A stretch of 64,000 bases of DNA, taken from contig CBDCXM010000009.1 of the NCBI GenBank assembly GCA_965223855.1, positions 2,208,001 through 2,272,000 on the forward strand, written 5' to 3'. Under the pieces are notes generated by a model. It saw only the letters and a list, made by a program, of their open reading frames with translations. It searched no databases and was not told the DNA's origin. The DNA is from Candidatus Multivoradales bacterium (lineage in GTDB: Bacteria; Acidobacteriota; Thermoanaerobaculia; Multivoradales; JAHEKO01). The position numbers and the translations under genes were made by a program. The number at the start of each line of letters is the position of its first letter. The first letter of the stretch is position 1. Shown in pieces: positions 1 through 8,484 of the stretch.

Positions 1-591
1 ACTCAGGGGTTCTTCGCCGTCGCCCGGACCTGCCCGCAGTGCCGCGGCGAGGGCGAGGTGATCACCGACCCGTGTCGCGACTGCAAGGGACGTGGACGGG
101 TCGAGCAGGTACGGCAGGTCGGCATCAGTGTACCGGCCGGAGTCGACACCGGCACTCGCCTGCGCCGTGCCGGAGAAGGGGAGCACGGGCCTCGAAACGG
201 TCCGCCGGGCGACCTCTACATCGACGTCATCGTCGAACCGCACGATCGCTTCGAGCGTCACGGCAACGACATCCTCGGGTCTGTCGAGGTGAGCTTTCCC
301 GAGGCGGTGCTGGGCGCGAAGGTCGAGGTGGAGACGCTTCACGGTACGGAGAGCCTCGAGATTCCGGCGGGCAGCCGTCATGGAGCTCACTTCAGGTTGC
401 GCGGCAAGGGGGTCGACCAGCTCGGCGGACGGGGGCGCGGCGATCACGTCGTCTCCCTCGAGCTCGCCGTGCCGCGGCCGAAGGATCTCGACGACGAGCG
501 ACTCGAAGTGCTCCAGAAGTGGGCCGACGAGGACGGCAGCGAGATCCGCGAGCGCCGGGTGCTCGACCGGGTGAAGGACCTCTTCGGTTGA
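1..591 (+). CDS. dnaJ: Chaperone DnaJ, C-terminal part (5' truncated by window edge)
   Basis: Frame open from base 1: CPQCRGEG and CRDCKGRG zinc-finger repeats, PAGVDTG, GPPGDLY, RGDH C-terminal motifs; followed by rsmE. Confidence 0.95.
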   Translation, partial: TQGFFAVARTCPQCRGEGEVITDPCRDCKGRGRVEQVRQVGISVPAGVDTGTRLRRAGEGEHGPRNGPPGDLYIDVIVEPHDRFERHGNDILGSVEVSFPEAVLGAKVEVETLHGTESLEIPAGSRHGAHFRLRGKGVDQLGGRGRGDHVVSLELAVPRPKDLDDERLEVLQKWADEDGSEIRERRVLDRVKDLFG

Positions 592-1310
592 CGCGGGCTT
601 CGGCGGGGCGCTTGCGGGCGACCGTCGTGGTCGATCCGGATCGCTTCGGCCGTTCGTCGATCGAGGTCGAGGGCGACCTGTATCGCCACCTCTTCCGAGC
701 TCGAAGGCTCGCCGTGGGAGACGGGCTGCGGGTGGTCGATGGTGCCGGGCGAGCGAAGGCGGCGGTCGTCGCCGACGTCTCCCGCGACAGCGCGCTCCTG
801 GAACTGGGGGAGACGCTCGCTTCGCCCGAGCCGCGCCATGACCTCGAGCTGTGGGTCGCGCCGCCGAAGCCGGAGCGAGCCGCCTGGCTCGTCGAGAAGG
901 CGACCGAACTCGGCGTGAGCGCGGTCCGCTGGCTGCGAACGGAGAGAAGCGGTCCCGGTTACCGCGAAGGAGCGCTCGAACGCCAGCGCAGAGTCGCGAT
1001 CGCGGCCCTCCAGCAGTGCGGTGGAGCCCGGCTGCCGGAACTCTCCGGGCCTCACTCGTTCGAGAACCGCCCCGAGTCGGCCGGCCAGCTTCTGGTGCTC
1101 GATCCCGACGGTGCGCCGCTCGCCGCTGCGCCGAGCGGCGCGGCGACGATCGTGGTCGGCCCCGAGGGTGGTTTCGTCCAGGCGGAGCTCGACGCCCTCG
1201 GGGCGGCGGGAGCGAGCCGTTGGAGGCTCGGTGCCCGCACGCTGAGGGTCGAAACTGCAGCCGTCGTCGCCGCCGGCCGCCTGCTCACCGGCACCGGAGC
1301 CCCGGCTTGA
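588..1310 (+). CDS. rsmE: 16S rRNA m3U1498 methyltransferase RsmE
   Basis: EKATELGV, IVVGPEGGF, LGARTLRVETAA motifs; TTG start at 588 overlaps dnaJ stop (start inferred). Confidence 0.92.
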   Translation: MTRASAGRLRATVVVDPDRFGRSSIEVEGDLYRHLFRARRLAVGDGLRVVDGAGRAKAAVVADVSRDSALLELGETLASPEPRHDLELWVAPPKPERAAWLVEKATELGVSAVRWLRTERSGPGYREGALERQRRVAIAALQQCGGARLPELSGPHSFENRPESAGQLLVLDPDGAPLAAAPSGAATIVVGPEGGFVQAELDALGAAGASRWRLGARTLRVETAAVVAAGRLLTGTGAPA

Positions 1311-2650
1311 TCCCGGAGCGGCTCTCACGCTGGCGCTCGGCCGGTCGTCGACTCGTCCGCGGCCGACCGGTGCTGGAAGCGGTCGCCTCGGGCGCGATGG
1401 CGCTCGGCAGGGCGCTCGTCGCCGGCTTCTACCGGGTCGCCCTGAGCCCGTTCGGCAGGGTGCGGCGGAGGGCCGACGCCGCGGTGCAGGCGGAAATCGA
1501 GGCTCGCACCGATGCGTACAACGAGGCGGCCGAGGACTACTTTCGCGACTTCCACGACCCGGGATTTCTGCGCAACAAGCCGTTCTCGGAGGCGGACGGC
1601 TTCGCCGATCGGCTGTTCAACCTGGGCGTGCTCTTCCGCGGCGCCCGGTTGCGCCCGGGGGACGTCGTTCTCGACTTCGGCGCCGGCAGCTGCTGGATGT
1701 CGCACTTCCTTCACCGCTACGGCTGCAAGACCTACTCGGTCGACGTCTCGGAGACGGCGCTCGCCCTCGGTCGCCGACTGTTCGAGGAGGACTCGAACAC
1801 CGACTGGGCCCTCGAGCCGGAGTTCGTCCTCTACGACGGGCACTCGATCCCGCTGCCGGACGACTGTTGCGACAAGATCCTCGTCAACGACGCCTTCCAC
1901 CACGTCCCCAATCAGCGTCGGATCCTCACCGAGTTCGCCCGCCTGCTGCGGCCGGACGGCATCGTGGCGATGCGCGAGCCGGGCCAGGAGCACACGGCGA
2001 ACCCCGAGACGGTCGAGGAGGCGAAGCTGGGAGTGCTCGAGAACGACATCTTCGTCGAGGATCTGGCGCTGCTGGCCGCTGAGTGCGGTCTCGCGGGGGC
2101 GACGCTCATCCCGGCGAGTGCCGATGCGCTGATCGAGATCGACGCCGCCGACCTCGGGCCGTTCATGCGGGGCAAGGGGTTTCCCCACTACTGGTGGACT
2201 CTGTGCCGAACGCTCGAGCACGGACATTTCCTCTTCCTGCGGCCTTCACGGGTACCGACGACTCGTGCGCCGCGGCTGCTGAGCGCCGAGATCTGGGTGC
2301 TCGGGAGTTCCACGCTCCACGCCCGGCCCGGCGAGGCACTGCCGGTGCGTGTCGCCGTCCGCAACTGTGGCGACACGACCTGGCTTGGAGCCGACTCCCA
2401 CGGGACGCCCGGCTGGACCCGACTCGGAGTCCATCTCGAGGGGGCGGGGCGATCCGACTACGACTGGCTGCGCGCCGAGCTGCCGCGCGACATGCCGCCG
2501 CTCGACAGGGTGGAGCTCGAACTGGAGCTGCCGCCCCTGGAGCGCCCGGGCGACTACCGCGTCAGCTTCGAAATGGTGATCGAAGGGCGGCAGTGGTTCG
2601 CCACTCCCGGTGAAGATCTCTTCGAGGTGTCGCTGGTCGTCGGCGAGTGA
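1307..2650 (+). CDS. Class I SAM-dependent methyltransferase with C-terminal beta-rich (Ig-like) extension
   Basis: VLDFGAGSCW motif I, DAFHHVP, RLLRPDG; C-terminal VRNCGDTTW...PGDYRVSFEMVIEGRQWF; start either TTG 1307 or ATG 1397. Confidence 0.8.
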   Translation: MIPERLSRWRSAGRRLVRGRPVLEAVASGAMALGRALVAGFYRVALSPFGRVRRRADAAVQAEIEARTDAYNEAAEDYFRDFHDPGFLRNKPFSEADGFADRLFNLGVLFRGARLRPGDVVLDFGAGSCWMSHFLHRYGCKTYSVDVSETALALGRRLFEEDSNTDWALEPEFVLYDGHSIPLPDDCCDKILVNDAFHHVPNQRRILTEFARLLRPDGIVAMREPGQEHTANPETVEEAKLGVLENDIFVEDLALLAAECGLAGATLIPASADALIEIDAADLGPFMRGKGFPHYWWTLCRTLEHGHFLFLRPSRVPTTRAPRLLSAEIWVLGSSTLHARPGEALPVRVAVRNCGDTTWLGADSHGTPGWTRLGVHLEGAGRSDYDWLRAELPRDMPPLDRVELELELPPLERPGDYRVSFEMVIEGRQWFATPGEDLFEVSLVVGE

Positions 2651-2789
2651 ACCGCGCCGGGTGCCGCCGCTGCAACGGTTTGCGTTGGCCCGTAACCTAC
2701 CGTCCTGCTAGGCTTTTCGGTCAACGAACCGAGTGTCGAGGCTCGACCGGCCGCCGCCGGTCGGTCGCCGAGCACAACGAGAGGCTGCC

Positions 2790-3953
2790 ATGAGCATCAA
2801 CGACCTTCTCAAAGTCGCCGTCGAGCGCGAGGCGTCGGACCTTCACCTGAAGGTCGGCAATCACCCGGTGCTGCGCATCAACGGGCGGCTCCACCCGATG
2901 CTGGAGATCAACCGCCTGATGCAGGACGACACGGCGGCCATGGCGTTCTCGATCATGAACGCCCGCCAGAAGCAGCGCTTCAAGGAGGACCTCGAGATCG
3001 ACATCGGCTACTCGGTCCCGGGGCTCGGGCGCTTCCGCTGCAACGTCTTCCAGCAGCGCGGCGCGGTCGGACTGGTGCTGCGTGTCATCCCGACCACCAT
3101 CCTCGGGGTCCGGGAACTCATGCTGCCGCCGGTGATCGAGAAGATCGCCGAAGAGCAGCGCGGTCTGGTGCTCGTGACCGGCACTACCGGCTCGGGTAAG
3201 TCGACGACACTCGCCGCGATGATCGACCACATCAACGAGCGCCGCACCGAGCACGTCGTGACGATCGAGGATCCGATCGAGTTCATCCATCAGGACAAGA
3301 AGTCGCTCGTCAATCAGCGTGAACTCGACGTCGACACGCGCGGCTTCGCGCCGGCGCTGCGATCCGCATTGCGTCAGGACCCCGACGTCATCCTCGTCGG
3401 TGAGATGCGCGACTACGAGACGATCGAGACCGCGCTGCTGGCGGCCGAGACCGGCCATCTGGTGCTCTCGACCCTCCATACCCTCGACGCCACCGAGACG
3501 GTCAACCGCATCATCGCCGTCTTCCCGCCGCATCAGCAGAAGCAGATCCGCATCCAGCTCTCGCAGGTACTCAAGGCGATCATCTCTCAGCGCCTGATGC
3601 CGCGAGCGGACGGGGTCGGCCGGGTGCCGGCGGCCGAGATCCTGCTGGCGACCGCCTACATCCGCGACTGCATCGAGAACAAGGAAAAGACCAAGTACAT
3701 CCGCGAGCAGATCGCCCTCGGCACGAGCCAGTACGGCATGCAGACCTTCGACCAGTCGCTCTACCACCTCTACGAGAGCGGTCTCATCACCTTCGACGAG
3801 GCTCTGCGCAGGGCGTCGAACCCGGACGAGTTCAAGCTCAAGGTCCAGGGTGTTCAGTTCACCTCCGACGCGGCTCGCGAGCAGATGGAGTCGTCGCTCG
3901 AGATGTCGAGCGGCTTCGGCGGCGGTGGCATCGACGATGCCGTCGAGCCCTGA
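2790..3953 (+). CDS. pilT: PilT/PilU-family type IV pilus retraction ATPase
   Basis: ASDLHL, Walker A GTTGSGKST, TIEDPIE, LRQDPDVILVGEMRD, GHLVLSTLH, GMQTFDQ. Confidence 0.9.
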   Translation: MSINDLLKVAVEREASDLHLKVGNHPVLRINGRLHPMLEINRLMQDDTAAMAFSIMNARQKQRFKEDLEIDIGYSVPGLGRFRCNVFQQRGAVGLVLRVIPTTILGVRELMLPPVIEKIAEEQRGLVLVTGTTGSGKSTTLAAMIDHINERRTEHVVTIEDPIEFIHQDKKSLVNQRELDVDTRGFAPALRSALRQDPDVILVGEMRDYETIETALLAAETGHLVLSTLHTLDATETVNRIIAVFPPHQQKQIRIQLSQVLKAIISQRLMPRADGVGRVPAAEILLATAYIRDCIENKEKTKYIREQIALGTSQYGMQTFDQSLYHLYESGLITFDEALRRASNPDEFKLKVQGVQFTSDAAREQMESSLEMSSGFGGGGIDDAVEP

Positions 3954-4452
3954 GGGGGACGAGCAGGAACCGCGCGCCGAGGGGGATCGAACCGCCGAAG
4001 CGCGCGCCAAGGCGCTCGACCTGCTGGCGTCACGACCCCACTTCCGAGCCGAACTGGCGGTCAAGCTCGGACGGCGGGGTTTCGAGCCCGGAGTCGTCGA
4101 GGCCTGCCTCGACCGCCTCGAGGAGAGCGGCTACCTGGATGACCGCGAAGCGGCTCTGGGGTTCGCCCGCGGCCGTGCGAGCCGCGGTCACTGGGGCCCG
4201 GCGCGGCTGAGAGCCGAGCTTCGCGGCCGTGGAGTCGGGGACTCGATCGCCGACGAGGTGGTCCGCGAGCAGTTCGCCGACGGTGAGCGCGAGGCGATCG
4301 AGGCGGCCGCCGAGGCGTGGCGGCGCCGCGGCCGGGGAGGGCGCGACGCGCTGGCCCGCTTTCTCGACCGGCGGGGGTTCTCAAAGGGCGCGATCGTTGA
4401 GATATTGACCCTCTTCGCCGAGCCGGGAGAGAGCGATCATGAAGAGTTCTGA
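3937..4452 (+). CDS. recX: RecA regulator RecX
   Basis: ALDLLASRPH..EL..KL, GYLDD, GP.RLRAELR.RG, FL.RRGF; lies directly upstream of alaS. Confidence 0.85.
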   Translation: MPSSPEGDEQEPRAEGDRTAEARAKALDLLASRPHFRAELAVKLGRRGFEPGVVEACLDRLEESGYLDDREAALGFARGRASRGHWGPARLRAELRGRGVGDSIADEVVREQFADGEREAIEAAAEAWRRRGRGGRDALARFLDRRGFSKGAIVEILTLFAEPGESDHEEF

Positions 4453-7123
4453 CGTCCGCCAGGGGTTTCTCGACTACTTTGCCGAGCGGGGCCACGCCGC
4501 TCTGCCGAGCGGGCCGCTCGTTCCCGCCGGCGACGCGACGCTGCTCTTCACCAACGCCGGCATGGTGCAGTTCAAGGATCATTTCCTCGGCCGCGTGACT
4601 GTCGATCCGCCGCGCGCGGTGACCTCCCAGAAGTGCATGCGGGTCTCGGGCAAGCACAACGACCTCGAGAACGTCGGCCCCAGTCCCCGCCACCACACGT
4701 TCTTCGAGATGCTCGGCAACTTCTCGTTCGGCGACTACTTCAAGGCCGAGGCGATCGAGTTCGCCTGGGAGCTGGTGACAAAGGTCTGGGGGCTGCCTCC
4801 GGAGCGCCTCTTTGCCACCGTGTTCGAGGAGGACGACGAGGCCGAGGAGCTGTGGAAAAAGGTCTCCGGCCTCGATCCGCGACGGATCTACCGCTGCGGC
4901 GCTAAGGACAACTTCTGGGCGATGGGCGACACCGGTCCGTGCGGACCGTGCAGCGAGATCTTCGTCGACCTTCAGCCGGACCGGCCGCAGATCGACTTCC
5001 ACGAGGGCTCCGAGAACGGTCGCTACCTCGAGATCTGGAATCTCGTCTTCATGCAGTTCGACCGCGGCGAGGACGGCGAGACCGTGCCGTTGCCGAACCC
5101 GTCGATCGACACCGGCGCCGGCCTCGAACGGGTCGCCGCAGTGCTCCAGGGGGTGGGGTCCAACTACGACAGCGACCTCTTCCAGCCGATCCTCGCGGCA
5201 GCGGCGGCGCTCGCCGATCGGACCTACGGCGAGGATGCGTCGGCCGACGTCTCCATGCGGGTGATCGCCGATCACCTGCGGGCGGTGACCTTCCTGCTGG
5301 CCGACGGCGTCATCCCGAGCAACGAGGGTCGCGGCTATGTGCTCCGCCGCATCCTGCGCCGCGCGGTGCGCCACGGGATGAATCTCGGCTTCGAGGAGCC
5401 GTTCCTGCACCGGCTGGTGCCGGTGGTCGGCGAGGTGCTCGGCGAGCACTACGAAGAGCTCGGCGCCACGCGGAGCGCGTCACAGAAGACCGTCGAGGCG
5501 GAGGAGCAGAAGTTCCTCTCGACCGTTGCCACCGCCTCCGGGCGGGTGCAGAAGGCGATCGAAGAGGCGAAGGCGGCGGGGAGGAGCGAGCTCGACGGCG
5601 CGAGTGTGTTCCGGTTCTACGACACGTTCGGGCTGCCGGCGGAGGTGATTCGCGAGATCGCCGAAGAGGAGCGGTTCGGGGTCGATGAGAAGGGCTTCCA
5701 GGTAGAGCTCGAGAAGCAGCGGTCGAGGTCGAGGGATGCGGCTGGTGGTTCGGGGAAGATCGAGGAGGCGGACTTCGGCTACACGGGTACACCGCCCGAG
5801 ACCCGTTTCGTGGGGTACGGCAAGGGTGCACGACGGGAACAGCAAGCGGGAATCAGGGCTCTCGCGGGAAGAGGGCCGGCCGGCGATTGGCAGTTCACCG
5901 ACCGTCTCGACACCGGGATGGAAGGACTGGTCGTGCTCGATCCGACTCCGTTCTACGCCGAGGCGGGCGGCCAGGTCGGTGACCGTGGCTTCCTTACCTG
6001 GAAGGGTGGGAGGGCGGTCGTCGTCGATACTCGCAAGGTCAACTCGGGCAAGGTCCATGCCCAGCGCGTGAGGGTCGAAGAGGGGAGTCTTGTCGGTCCC
6101 TGGATAGAGGACGGAGTCACCCGGCTCATCAGGGCCGAGGTAGATCTCGATCATCGGGTTCCCACGGAACGCAACCACACCGGCACCCATCTGCTCCATG
6201 CCGCCCTGCGCCACGTTCTGGGGGACGGGGTCCGCCAGGCCGGTTCGCTGGTCGCTCCCGACCGGCTCCGCTTCGACTTCACCTACGGTCAGCCGGTCAC
6301 CGACGACGAGTTGCGAGAGATCGAGTCGATCGTCAACCGCTGGGTCCTGGAGAGTCGCACGGTCGAAATCGAGGAGGGCCGCGACTTCGAAGAGGCACGG
6401 GCTGCCGGTGCGATGGCGCTCTTCGGCGAGAAGTACGGCGACACGGTTCGCACGGTCGAGGTGCCGGGCGGTGTCGGCAGCCTCGAGCTGTGCGGAGGCT
6501 GCCACGTCTCCAACACCGGAGAGATTGGTCCGTTCCTGATCGTCGCCGAGCGCGGCGTCGCCTCCGGGGTGCGCCGCATCGAGGCGCTCACCGGCGAGGG
6601 GGCGCTCGAGGAGATCGACCGCCGCCGCCGGCTGCTCGCCCGGCTCGGCGAGGTCGCCGGAGTGCCGGAGGATCGGCTGGTCGATGAGATCGAGCAGCGA
6701 TCCCTGCGCGCCAGGGATCTCGAGCGGGAGCTTTCGAGCCTGCGCATGAAGATGGTCTCGGGCGCCGGCGGCGACGAAGACGATGGGGTGGATGTCGACG
6801 GCCTCAGGGTCGTGGCGAAGGAGGTGCCGATGGCACCCGCCAACGACCTGCGCAGCATGGCCGACGTGCTGCGCAACAGGATCGGCAGCGGAGTGGTGGT
6901 GCTGGGCGCGCGCGCCGACGGCAAGGTCCAGCTGATCGTCGCCGTCTCGCCCGATGCCACCGATCGCGTGCGAGCCGGCGATGTGGTCAAGGAGCTGGCG
7001 GCCCGGGTCGGTGGCGGAGGAGGCGGGCGGCCCGACTTCGCACAGGCCGGAGGGCGCGATCCCGAGGCGCTGGACGAGGCGCTCGCGGCCGCAGCCGACG
7101 TCGTTCGGGAGAAGTTGGCGTAA
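4439..7123 (+). CDS. alaS: Alanine--tRNA ligase
   Basis: LLFTNAGMVQFK, HHTFFEMLGNFSFGDYFK, EIWNLVFMQF, editing HTGTHLLH and ELCGGCH, C-terminal GGGGG..FAQAGG. Confidence 0.98.
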   Translation: MKSSDVRQGFLDYFAERGHAALPSGPLVPAGDATLLFTNAGMVQFKDHFLGRVTVDPPRAVTSQKCMRVSGKHNDLENVGPSPRHHTFFEMLGNFSFGDYFKAEAIEFAWELVTKVWGLPPERLFATVFEEDDEAEELWKKVSGLDPRRIYRCGAKDNFWAMGDTGPCGPCSEIFVDLQPDRPQIDFHEGSENGRYLEIWNLVFMQFDRGEDGETVPLPNPSIDTGAGLERVAAVLQGVGSNYDSDLFQPILAAAAALADRTYGEDASADVSMRVIADHLRAVTFLLADGVIPSNEGRGYVLRRILRRAVRHGMNLGFEEPFLHRLVPVVGEVLGEHYEELGATRSASQKTVEAEEQKFLSTVATASGRVQKAIEEAKAAGRSELDGASVFRFYDTFGLPAEVIREIAEEERFGVDEKGFQVELEKQRSRSRDAAGGSGKIEEADFGYTGTPPETRFVGYGKGARREQQAGIRALAGRGPAGDWQFTDRLDTGMEGLVVLDPTPFYAEAGGQVGDRGFLTWKGGRAVVVDTRKVNSGKVHAQRVRVEEGSLVGPWIEDGVTRLIRAEVDLDHRVPTERNHTGTHLLHAALRHVLGDGVRQAGSLVAPDRLRFDFTYGQPVTDDELREIESIVNRWVLESRTVEIEEGRDFEEARAAGAMALFGEKYGDTVRTVEVPGGVGSLELCGGCHVSNTGEIGPFLIVAERGVASGVRRIEALTGEGALEEIDRRRRLLARLGEVAGVPEDRLVDEIEQRSLRARDLERELSSLRMKMVSGAGGDEDDGVDVDGLRVVAKEVPMAPANDLRSMADVLRNRIGSGVVVLGARADGKVQLIVAVSPDATDRVRAGDVVKELAARVGGGGGGRPDFAQAGGRDPEALDEALAAAADVVREKLA

Positions 7124-7128
7124 ACTCG

Positions 7129-7827
7129 ATGGTTATGCGACGAATCGCGGCCGGCTTGGCCGGCTTTCTCGTCGTGGGTGCCGCGATCGCCGACGTCGAG
7201 GTGCACACGGGAGCCGACGGACGGAAGGTGTTCACGAACACCCCGTCCGTACGGGTTGCGAGTCGACCGGCAACGGCTCGCTCGACCCCCTCGACCCGGC
7301 CGGCCCGCTCGGCTTCGCCCGCAGCGATCGCCCTCGTGTCGCGCGACGAGCTCGACTCGCTGATCGAGGAGCATTCCGGCCGTAATCGTCTCGACCCCGA
7401 TCTGGTGCGGGCGGTCATTCGCGCCGAGTCCGGCTTCAACCCGCGCGCCGTCTCGTCCAAGGGGGCAATGGGGTTGATGCAGTTGATGCCGGCGACGGCG
7501 GCCGACCTCGATGTCGACGACGCGTTCGATCCGGAGTCGAACATCGACGGAGGCACCCGTTACCTGCGGCAGATGTTCGACGAGTTCGAGGGGCAGATCG
7601 AGCTCGCTCTGGCGGGCTACAACGCCGGCCCCAATGCGGTGCGCCACTACGGCGGTATTCCGCCGTTCGCAGAGACCCGCAGGTACGTCGAGCGGGTGCT
7701 GCGGGACTACCGCGATGATTTCGGCTACCGGCTGCCGACGACCGCCGCCTCGAGCGGAGGGCGCAAGGTCTACATGTCGCGCGACTCCTCGGGCAAGCTC
7801 GTTCTCTCGACCTTCGGCGACGGCTGA
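7129..7827 (+). CDS. Lytic transglycosylase (SLT domain), secreted
   Basis: Signal peptide; IRAESGFNP, GAMGLMQLMP, ALAGYNAG, ETRRYV motifs; start could be ATG 7135. Confidence 0.92.
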   Translation: MVMRRIAAGLAGFLVVGAAIADVEVHTGADGRKVFTNTPSVRVASRPATARSTPSTRPARSASPAAIALVSRDELDSLIEEHSGRNRLDPDLVRAVIRAESGFNPRAVSSKGAMGLMQLMPATAADLDVDDAFDPESNIDGGTRYLRQMFDEFEGQIELALAGYNAGPNAVRHYGGIPPFAETRRYVERVLRDYRDDFGYRLPTTAASSGGRKVYMSRDSSGKLVLSTFGDG

Positions 7828-7904
7828 AGCCGGGCCCGCGGCCGCCTCCTCACCTCCCAGCATCGTCCGACTCGCGCTCTCTCGCTGCGATACCCTCACC
7901 TGCC

Positions 7905-8462
7905 GTGGCTCCTCGCATCTTCACCGTTCCGAACGCGCTGACGCTCTTCCGCATCCTGCTGGTGCCGCTCCTGGTCGTGGTGCTTCTCACGAAGTTCGAG
8001 GGCAAGGAGATGGTCGGTCTCGGCGTCTTCCTGCTCGCCTCGCTGACCGATTTCCTCGACGGTTTCCTCGCCCGCCGGCGGCAGGAGGTGACCAAGCTCG
8101 GCAAGTTGCTCGATCCGGCGGCCGACAAAATCCTCGTCTCCGCGGCGCTGATCTCGCTCATCGAGCTCGACGTCGCACCCGCCTGGATCGTGATGGTGAT
8201 CCTCGCGCGCGAGTTCCTGATGTCGGCCTTTCGCAGTCTCGCCGCCGGAGAGGGGATCGTCCTCGCCGCTTCCTGGCTCGGCAAGCTCAAGACGACGACG
8301 CAGATCATCGCGATCTCGCTCCTGATCATCTACGAGCACCTCGGTGAGTTCGAGCATCTGGCGCCGGCGATGCTGTGGATCGCCATGATCACGACCCTCG
8401 TCTCCGGGCTCGAATACCTGATCCGCTACGGCCCCCAGGTGGTCGGCGTGGACCGGCCCTGA
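7905..8462 (+). CDS. pgsA: CDP-diacylglycerol--glycerol-3-phosphate 3-phosphatidyltransferase
   Basis: PNALTLFR, TDFLDGFLAR, GKLLDPAADK, GKLKT motifs. Confidence 0.9.
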   Translation: MAPRIFTVPNALTLFRILLVPLLVVVLLTKFEGKEMVGLGVFLLASLTDFLDGFLARRRQEVTKLGKLLDPAADKILVSAALISLIELDVAPAWIVMVILAREFLMSAFRSLAAGEGIVLAASWLGKLKTTTQIIAISLLIIYEHLGEFEHLAPAMLWIAMITTLVSGLEYLIRYGPQVVGVDRP

Positions 8463-8484
8463 CGGGAGCGTCGAGAGCGGTCCG

